In this document: piece by piece, positions 55,421-64,000 of the stretch
Layout: every line of letters starts with the position of its first letter
Numbering within the stretch: position 1 is the stretch's first letter
Origin: Macrostomum lignano
Taxonomy: Eukaryota
NCBI GenBank assembly: GCA_002269645.1
Contig: NIVC01001310.1
Coordinates: 186,001-250,000, forward strand
Length of the DNA stretch: 64,000 nt
Direction: 5' to 3'
The notes under the pieces: generated by a model
The model's database searches: none
What the model was told of the DNA's origin: nothing
The model's input: only the letters and a program-made list of their open reading frames with translations
Program-made: the position numbers and the translations under genes

Positions 55421-57176
55421 CATGCCCAACCTCAAAATTTTACCCATTTAGTGTGACTTAGTTTTGTCCAGATTTGCGACTTAGTTCCTCTTGATTGCAA
55501 CTTAGTTCCTCTCAATTGCAACTTAGTTATGGCATGAAAACTTATAGAAATGGTAGCTATATCTAATATTGACTAGGTCCACACATATATAATCATAACA
55601 GCTAGGCATTATGGTTATAATAGAATCATAACTATGCACATGATAGCTGGGTGCTATGTCTATAATATTAGAAATTATACACACAATGGCTATGTTTGTA
55701 TAATATATAATGCATTTCATATATAGAGACAATAGGTATGTCAAATAAAACCTATAGAGTACTAGTAGCTGTCATTAATATTGAAAAGGTTCACATTGAA
55801 AGAAACAAGAATGATCATGTCCCTAATATATATACATATAAAAATGAAAACTCTGTCTATCTGTCTATGTACTATTTTGATTGCTATAGACTCCCAAACT
55901 GCTCATACATGCCCAACACCCATCCGACCTGTCCGAACCAAACAGGTGAAATGGCTGCCGGCCGAGGTAAGTCGCAAAATTGAAAATGGGAAAAACGAAA
56001 AATTGGGAGAAGAAAGAAAGGAGAGGAAGGGAAAAGGAAAAGAAAGGAAAAAGAGAGAGAGGGAAAGAGAGAGAGAGTGTGAAGAAAAGAGAACAGAGGA
56101 ACTTAGTCACAATTGGGAGGAACTAAGTCACAATTGGGAGGAACTAAGTTGCAATCAGGAGGAACTAAGTCACAATTGGGAGGAACTAAGTTGCAATCGG
56201 AAGCACCCCACCATCCAAGCTTTGGTGAGAGTGCAGCGTGGCAAAGCAGATGGTGGCCATTTTTGTGGCAAAAACTGGTCATCTGGCCACAGTTCTACTT
56301 GTGCAGCAGCGCACAGTCACTGGTGACTGGTATGCCAATGTTTGCCTGCCAGAAGTTCTGAGCGCTCTCTCCAGGCATTGCCCAAGAACTGAGTTTGGGG
56401 CATTCTTCTCCATCACAATGCCCCGGCCCACAAGGCTTGACAGGTGGCAGAGTTCCTGGCCGGAGAGCACATTCAAAAGCTCAGTAATCCACCCTACAGC
56501 CCCAACTTGGCCCCTTGCAACTTTTCTGTATTTCCACAAATCAAGCGCAGGATGTGTGGAATCTGCTATGGATCACCAGAAGCTGCAGTAGAGGCCTTCA
56601 TCTGGCATGTGGAGGAGGTGCTTGCTTCAGATTGGTCCAGCTGCTTTAGCAAATAGTTAAATGCATGAAAATTTACATTGAATCTGCTAGAGAGTACTTT
56701 GAAAAGATGTAACTGTTTTTTCTCTTTAACTATTTCTGTCTGGGCACATCTGGAAACTTATTGCTCAGCCCTCATTTAGTCAAATGCAGGTCTATCTTTA
56801 AGTGAAATATATAATGACTCAAAGAATATACACCTATATATATATGTGAGTGCACAAGTGTACATATACAAGTTAGTTTGCCAGACATATATAGTATAGT
56901 ATGTAGAGTGTAGCCTACAGGGTACAGGCTACAATGCAGTTTAGTACTGCAGTCTACAATGCTGCATAAGTGAATAAGTGAATGATAAATCAATCAGTAA
57001 AGAGAGTGAGAGCAGGAGAAAGGGAAGAGAAATGAGGTACTTCCATGTTTCAATAAGCACAAGCATGCATGAGGTGTGCTACCCCCTTGTCCTTCAGTGT
57101 GGTGGTGCATAGGTAAGTTGCAAATCTGGACAAAACTAAGTTGCACCAGATAGGTGAAATTTTGAGGCTGGGCATG
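55421..57176. mobile_element. TA-flanked TIR element (CATGCCCA.CCTCAAAATTT) enclosing a mariner fragment
   Basis: TIRs ~55421-55480 and ~57115-57176, each flanked by TA. Confidence 0.7.
56197..56774 (+). pseudogene. 5'-truncated, frameshifted mariner transposase with its 3' end
   Basis: KQMVAIFVAKTGHLATV..TVTGDWYANVCLPEV, NPPYSPNLAPCNFSVFPQIK and REYFEKM* (56712); end AAACTTATTGCTCAGCCCTCA. Confidence 0.85.
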
Positions 57177-58106
57177 TATAAAACTGCTCAACCAAATTAT
57201 ACCAAAATTTGCACCCATCCTAAACTCACTATGGTGAATGTCCTATGCTATCTTAGAATTTCCTAAATCTAAGTCTTCATACCTAAAAGTACAAAAAACT
57301 GCTTAAAATTTGTAACTTTTTAAATAAATTTTCCATAGTGCCACTCCACTTTTACCAATTGTCTTCAAATTTGACACAAACAATTCTCAACTATTTTGAC
57401 ACTATTGTGTAAAATTTTAAGTCTTAAAGTTAATCCTGTATTATGCTATACACTTTTTAAGTTAGCTATTATTTGTCAGTAAGACAGCTATCCCAACTTG
57501 GGCCCAGAGCCCCAGATCATGGATCAGGCAATAGGGCTGAATATATATATTAAATGTATTATATTTTAGAACAGCTTTATTTATAGACATTTCTGCACCC
57601 ACATTCCATTTCAAGTTAAGTTAAGTTTAACTCAAGTGAGTTAAAAAATGAAAGCTGGAATTTATACTTTAAAAAAACTTATTAATACCTTTCTACTTAA
57701 TACAAACTCTTTGTATGGCAATATATATATACTTAACATTTATCAGACATGCCTATAAGCTTTAACATTAAAGACACAAGCCATTAATTTAACTCTTGGG
57801 TTTCCTTTTAGCTTATATTAAATGTTGTCAAAACTAAAATTAGTTACCTTTTTGATTTTGTGACTTGCCTTGGCTGGTGGCCCTTTCACCTATCTAGTTT
57901 GGAGAGGCCCTATAGGAAAAAGTTGTAAAACCACGGACGGTGTCCGGCGCACTTTTGAAATTTTTCTAAAGCGCAGCGCGCGCACAGGCGCAGCGCCTGC
58001 GCGCGCTGCCCTTTCTTACTGGCTGCTGCTCTAGCAAATACATATACATGGAAATGGGTATAATACCTCTGTTGAAGGGGCTTATACACTCGTAATTTAT
58101 TAAGCT

Positions 58107-58418
58107 TAGAGATGTTCCAAAAATTCAATTTCAATTTTCCAAAATTTGAAATTTTTTAGAGCGAATTTCAATTTCGAAATAAAATTTAGAAGTGAAAATT
58201 TTGGTAGTGTCTAAAAAGTTGCTAAAAATAAACTACTTTCTACTACATATACATGTATTACTTTTTGCTTAAGCAGTAAATTGAAAGTAAAAAAGTGAGT
58301 GTTGATCATACTAAACTTTGTTTTTCTGAATTATGATTTTGGGAAATTTCAATTTTGATTTTGAAAAGTTAGCAAATTTTGATTTCGACGAAACTGCAGA
58401 TCTTTCGGAACATCTCTA
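58107..58418. mobile_element. hAT-like MITE (TIR TAGAGATGTTCC)
   Basis: TAGAGATGTTCC at 58107-58118 and GGAACATCTCTA at 58407-58418; TSD degraded. Confidence 0.55.
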
Positions 58419-59059
58419 ATAATCCTAAAGCGCGGTAAAATAGTTTGACTCTTTTCTAAAGCGTGCGTCCGCAGGTTTTTAACATTTATTCCAATAGGGT
58501 GGAGAGGTACCAATCATTTCAGTGACAAGTCATTTTGATGATAGAAATTATAGTGACAAGTTGATTTTGTGATAGACACACTTCATTTTCAATAAAAATC
58601 TAAGATTTTATAAGTATTGTAATTCTAGTGATAAGAGGCACTTTATAATATTAGGTTATAAATATTTTGTTAAGATTTATGTTTCGTAATACATTTAAAA
58701 ATTGTCTAAAAATTATAATATTAAAGGAAAGAAAATGAAACTAATTATATTGTTTTCTTCCTGTGCAGATCATTTTGAATTGTCCCCAGGGTTTTTTTTT
58801 GTGCGCAGAGTGTGCGTATGCACCCTAAATTTTAAAATCGCACCCTGAAATTAAAAAAGTAGGTGCGGTTTAGGTGCGGTCTTATAACCATTTTTCTTTA
58901 AAGGCTTAACCATGCTTAAGCTATTTTTTATGCACTGCCTTAAAATATGAAACAAAATAACTCTTTAAATCCTATTAAGTCATATAGGCGATATAGCCTA
59001 TAGCTATAGCCTTATGTAAGATATTAAAATATACATTCCCAGTTGTCTGAAATGTGAGC

Positions 59060-61546
59060 AATGTGAGGGTTTCACGAGAGATATTCAGACAAAGGCTCCC
59101 TAAAACACGCCCCACACCGGGCCCCGAACTGCTACACATTATAACATTTTTTGTCAATGCAGTATTTGATTGCAAGGAAAAGTTAAAATAGTAATGGAAT
59201 AAATATTTTTATTTATTTTTTTAAATATTATTATTTTTATATTCTCGTTTTCATTATTAAATTATAATATTATTATTTTATTAATATTATTATTAATATC
59301 ACTTATTGTTCACCGAATTTTATATTTCAAAGTAAAAAAACTAAATTTAATAAAAACTTGAAGCTTAACAGAAAACGCATTCTGAAGTGTCTTTAGTTAT
59401 AGTCCAATTTGTTTTAATGTGTAGCGCTGCAGGGCGGTGCGGGCGTGTTTTAGGGAGACCCATTCAGACAGACATTCAAAATGATTGTCTGTAACTTCAA
59501 ACAAAATTGACCCGCTTCAACCATCTTTTTGGCAAATACTTACGCAAGTGTTGGGCGTCTAATAAGCTTTAATTTATTAACTGAAGTAAAAATCCTTCTG
59601 ACATACATTGATTTAAAAATTGCTTAGCAACACTAGCTCTGATTAGAAATCGCTTTACTGTTGACTAAAATTGTTTTGATCGTAGCAGCCTAAAAGCAAA
59701 TACTGGATTTAAAAATGCTTCGATTTACTCTATACGCATGTCTCAGCTTTAAAATGACACCTCAGGCGTCGCAAAAGACAGCTTTGATGCTGAGATATTC
59801 GACACTAAACATGCATTGCTTTGCGCAATCTCACATTCAGAAATTTCACTGATTTTTTGTCGATATTTGTGCAGTTGCCATGTCCTTGTTTTTCATCAGA
59901 ATCTTATCAAATTCTAGTCATGTCTATACGCATGTCTCAGCTTTAAAATGACACCTCAGGCATTGCAAAAGACAGCTTTGATGCTGAGATATTCGACACT
60001 AAACATTGCTTTGCTCAAACTCACATTCGGAAACTTCACTGATTTTTATTCAATATTTGTTCAGATGCTTGTCTACTTCTCCATTTATTAACCATCGCAT
60101 GGAGCCTTGCTAACGTACAAGTGTATGTAGTTACAGTAAATGGGGTTTTTGTGACTCACTTAAACTTGTTTACGCATTCTGCAGCTATTCGCCGCCTTTC
60201 ATTGGAGTGATTCATGGAGTCCAGTTGATAAATTTCCACAAATTGGACTGCTTCTACGTCAGATCTCAACATTTGGAACCGTCCTTGAACTATTTCAGAG
60301 TTAAGTGAGCTAATGGCATCAAATGGAAGGCTAGTGCTCGTACTTGTAAGCGAAGCAGGTTCACAATTGAAATGGTTGTATTCATGGCCATGGGATCTAA
60401 ACTGATCTGTTTTACTTTCACGATCGCTTTGGTCTCAGAAGGAGCAGCAGTTGATGGACTGAGGTGAGAAGAAGATGTGTCACGACTTGAGCTGTTTATA
60501 GAAAATATCTTTATCCAATTAAATATTTTCATGCGGCTCCTTAGGTTGTTCCGAATTCCGAGTCTAGAAGTCAAGACAGAAAAAAAGTTAAGAACTGCTA
60601 CTGTAGTCCGTAGGGATTGGAAAGCTTAGCAGTACATTAGAAATCGCCAGTTCAATCTAAAAAGTTTGAAGTACATATAGCTATTGGGTTGCAACAACAG
60701 TAGAAAAAATTCTTTCTTTTTATTTTATTCCCACCGCTTACCTCATTCTGATTTGGATAGCAGAATTGCCACGCAAAAAAAGTAAAAACATAACAATAAA
60801 CTATTTGCTTCATATTAATTGCCACTGACTGTTAATAAACGCGACGTCAATTTCTCTCAATAACAGTTGGAACATGTTTCTCGTACACTCTTATATTTAT
60901 TTGAACTGCAAAGCGGTGAAAAAGTCATGATTGGTTGCCATATGTACAAATGTACACTCACAGACTCACTGACTCAGGTACAATCTATGCAATATAAAGG
61001 CAGGAATCATTAAAAATCAAATACTTAAGACAGTTTAAGAGAAGTCCAGGTTTAAACTGGACATGACTAGAATTTGACAAGTTTCTGATGAAAAACAAGG
61101 ACACGGCAACTGCACAAATATCGACAAAAAATCAGTGAAATCTCTGAATGTGAGATTGCGCAAAGCAATGCATGTTTAGTGTCAAATATCTCAGCATCAA
61201 AGCTGTCTTATGCGATGCCTGAGGTGTCATTTTAAAGCTGAGACATGCGTATAGAGTAAATCGAAGCATTTTTAAATCCAGTATCTGCTTTTAGGCTGCT
61301 ACGATCAAAACAATTTTAGTCAACAGTAAAGCAATTTCTAATCAGAGCTAGTGTTGCTAAGCAATTTTTAAATCAATGTATGTCAGAAGGATTTTTACTT
61401 CAGTTAATAAATTAAAGCTTATTCGACGCCCAACACTTGCGTAAGTATTTGCCAAAAAGATGGTTGAAGCGGGTCAATTTTGTTTAAAGTTCCAGACGAT
61501 CGTTTCGAATGTCTGTCTGAATATCTCTCGTGAAACCCTCACATTC
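59060..61546. mobile_element. Foldback-type element with ~490-bp inverted repeats
   Basis: 59060-59091 plus 59462-59924 is the reverse complement of ~61061-61546; internal partial tandem duplication at ~59925-60050. Confidence 0.8.
59092..59461. mobile_element. Mutator-like MITE with a 9-bp TSD, inserted in the left arm of the foldback element
   Basis: TSD ATTCAGACA at 59083-59091 and 59462-59470; TIR CTCCCTAAAACACGCCC / GGGCGTGTTTTAGGGAG. Confidence 0.8.
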
Positions 61547-64000
61547 TAAACAAGACTCAAGAGAAATTGCACTCTGAGCCTTAAAATTGCACCTTGAAAT
61601 TTGGCACAAGGTGCGATTTCGCACCTTATCTCTGGCAAAAAAAAACCCAGATTGTCCCAGAATATTCAACCATAAACAATAAACCTATAGAAAATTTTTA
61701 TGAAATGCAGAGATAACTTAAAGATATTTACTCAATGCTGATTGCACATTTAAATTAGAAAACATAATTCAAAAGACTGCAATTTTATAGTTGTAATTAA
61801 ACAAAATTAAATACTACAATACTTAACCATTTAAAAATTATAAAATTTTAGGCTCAATATCCTTAAAGATTTTTAAGTAATTTTCTATTTAAAAAAAGAA
61901 TGGCTATAACTAAAATTGTATTTTTCTTGTTACCAAAATAACTTTTGCTTGTCACCAAAAGGAATGTCATTGAAACATCTCGTCACCAAAATGACTATAA
62001 TCTGTTTGGACAAGTTGGACATGTATGCCACACTCCTAATCATGTAGTATATGCCCAAAATTTCGGGCGTGCATTGGCCTTGCATACCAAAATTAGGCAT
62101 GCATAGTTGGTATGCATCACTCCTGAAAAAATAATATGCGTGCACACCTGGCATGCACTTTATAGAAGCATGCATAAGAGTTATTGTAAAGTTGAAAAAA
62201 GAATAAAATAGTTCATTTTAAGTGCAAATTTCAAGCTTTCCAGATTTTTCAAGCTTGTAAAGGAGCATTTAAACAAATTTTTGCATGTATAAATTTTCTG
62301 CTGCAAATAGTATTGCCGAAAAAGCATAAAAAGCAACCAAATTATTTGGTAGTAAGGGTTTATTATGCAATTTAAAAAGGGTATTTTATTGTCACAACAT
62401 AAAAAAGGTCATTTATTATCACAAAACCGGTGTATTTTTGAGAATGGGCATGCACTTACATTTTTTGGCGTGCATTTGTAATTACTCAAATTTTGTTCAG
62501 GTGTGCACCCAGCATGATCTGGACTATGCGTATGGTATATATGCCTAGTATACACAAATATACAATCCAAACTATGGGTAACTAACAGTATGTTATAGAA
62601 AATTTTTAGCCTTAATATAATTAAATATAAGGCTGCACAATAATGCAAGCAATGTGATATTTTAATAGCCTAAAAATATTTAATGAAGATTGGTCAATTT
62701 TTTGCTTTGCACATTGTTGCAATGACCAACTAGACTAATCAATTTCATAAAAAAATTATAAACCATGATATATATATATGTTCAATAAAGAAAAAAACTC
62801 ATAGTGACACACACTACCATCCACAAATGCATGCTTTTTTAGAATTTTAGATAGAGGTTAAATTTAGATCGACTACTGAGTATGATACTTACATCTTTAA
62901 TTGTACCTTCAGGAGAAAGTTGAACACTTCGTTTTTCTTTTGGTGATTTAATATGAACTGTGATCACATTATCAGATTCAGCCATTTTGCAAATCAAGAT
63001 AAATTGTAGAATAAATAATTACCACCTTTGGCTAAAATTCGCACCAGTTAGGAAAAATTGTTCACCGTAATTGCAATTTTGAAATTAATTAATCGCATTT
63101 TGGACGGCTTTAAAAGTTATAACAACATTATGTGCACTTTAAATACAAATTTTAATTTAATTAATGTTAAAGATATAAAAAAGATAATAGTTTGCTACTT
63201 TTCAAAAAACTTATTAATATGCATTGCTGCTCAAAAAATCTACGGACACGTAACTTTAACAGCAAATACATGATCGTAACCCATGACATTGACTTGATGA
63301 AAATTTACTAAGTGCGGCAGGAACGAATCAAGGACATATGGCTCCGCTGGTGAAATCTCAATAGGACGGGAAACTACTACAACATTATGCTACGAAAGGC
63401 TCCACGGGTGTCAATAGGGCCATACATGTAAAAGGCAAGACATATCAAAGGATTAACATTGGATCTGCAGCTCCTATCAAAAGCAATTAGAACTAATTGT
63501 GCTAAAAACTATGAAAACCTCGCGACTGCATTTTCCCCGCATTGATGCGCGCATTCTTTTCAAGGACGATAATTAAATCATGAAAATTAACCTCTATATA
63601 TAGTGTAACCCCTATTTTATCATAGCCTATAATATATCATACAGTCTAGCTCATGTCTCACCCAGTCAGCACATTACTCACTCAAACTAGCACAATCAAT
63701 CACTCAATCTCACCCAGTCTAGCGATATCCCCTATTCTTAGCTAGCATGCATAAAATCGCAAGCCAATGCAATCTTTTCAGCCAAAAACAACAAAGGGAA
63801 GCGACTATCAAATATTTGAACACAAAATTTGCGTTTGGATGCTTGACACTTGAATAACAAATAACAATAATTTATGGAAAGCTAAATTATATTTCAGCTA
63901 GTAGCGATGAAGAATAGGTTTAGAAAAAATGGTCAATCAATGTGGCAGAGTTATAGGTACTCGTAATTCTCAGAGTCTATATACATGTATAATGACAAGG

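Noticed and set aside
60290-60574. 94-aa minus-strand ORF as the missing ubiquilin first exon
   Set aside because: No recognisable UBL first strand, and it lies inside a foldback element.

Overview
Eukaryotic (metazoan invertebrate) genomic DNA. GC-rich exons, polyQ-rich proteins and minisatellite-filled introns are reminiscent of the flatworm Macrostomum, but the organism is an inference. Host genes: the 3' part of a NudC-domain gene (NUDCD3-like, +); an intronless TMEM272-like membrane protein (+); a complete 17-exon ELP1/IKBKAP gene (+, 6144-49078) that I assembled by hand, with consistent GT-AG sites and phases, 4296 nt = 1431 aa; an antisense 7TM GPCR nested in ELP1 intron 12; and a convergent ubiquilin (-) whose first exon I could not place. 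Introns and intergenic DNA are packed with intron-specific minisatellites and DNA transposons (piggyBac, IS630/Tc1, mariner, Harbinger-like, MITEs) plus SINEs. Most long ORFs in the ORF track are repeat artefacts. Main points of interest: (1) a minisatellite built from the ELP1 exon 10 donor site, at the intron that appears orthologous to the human familial-dysautonomia intron 20; (2) a (CTA)n expansion that separates a branch point from its acceptor; (3) a nested GPCR that has lost most class A activation motifs; (4) a near-intact piggyBac enclosed by a perfect 17-bp inverted repeat. I did not find clear evidence of a wholly new biological system.
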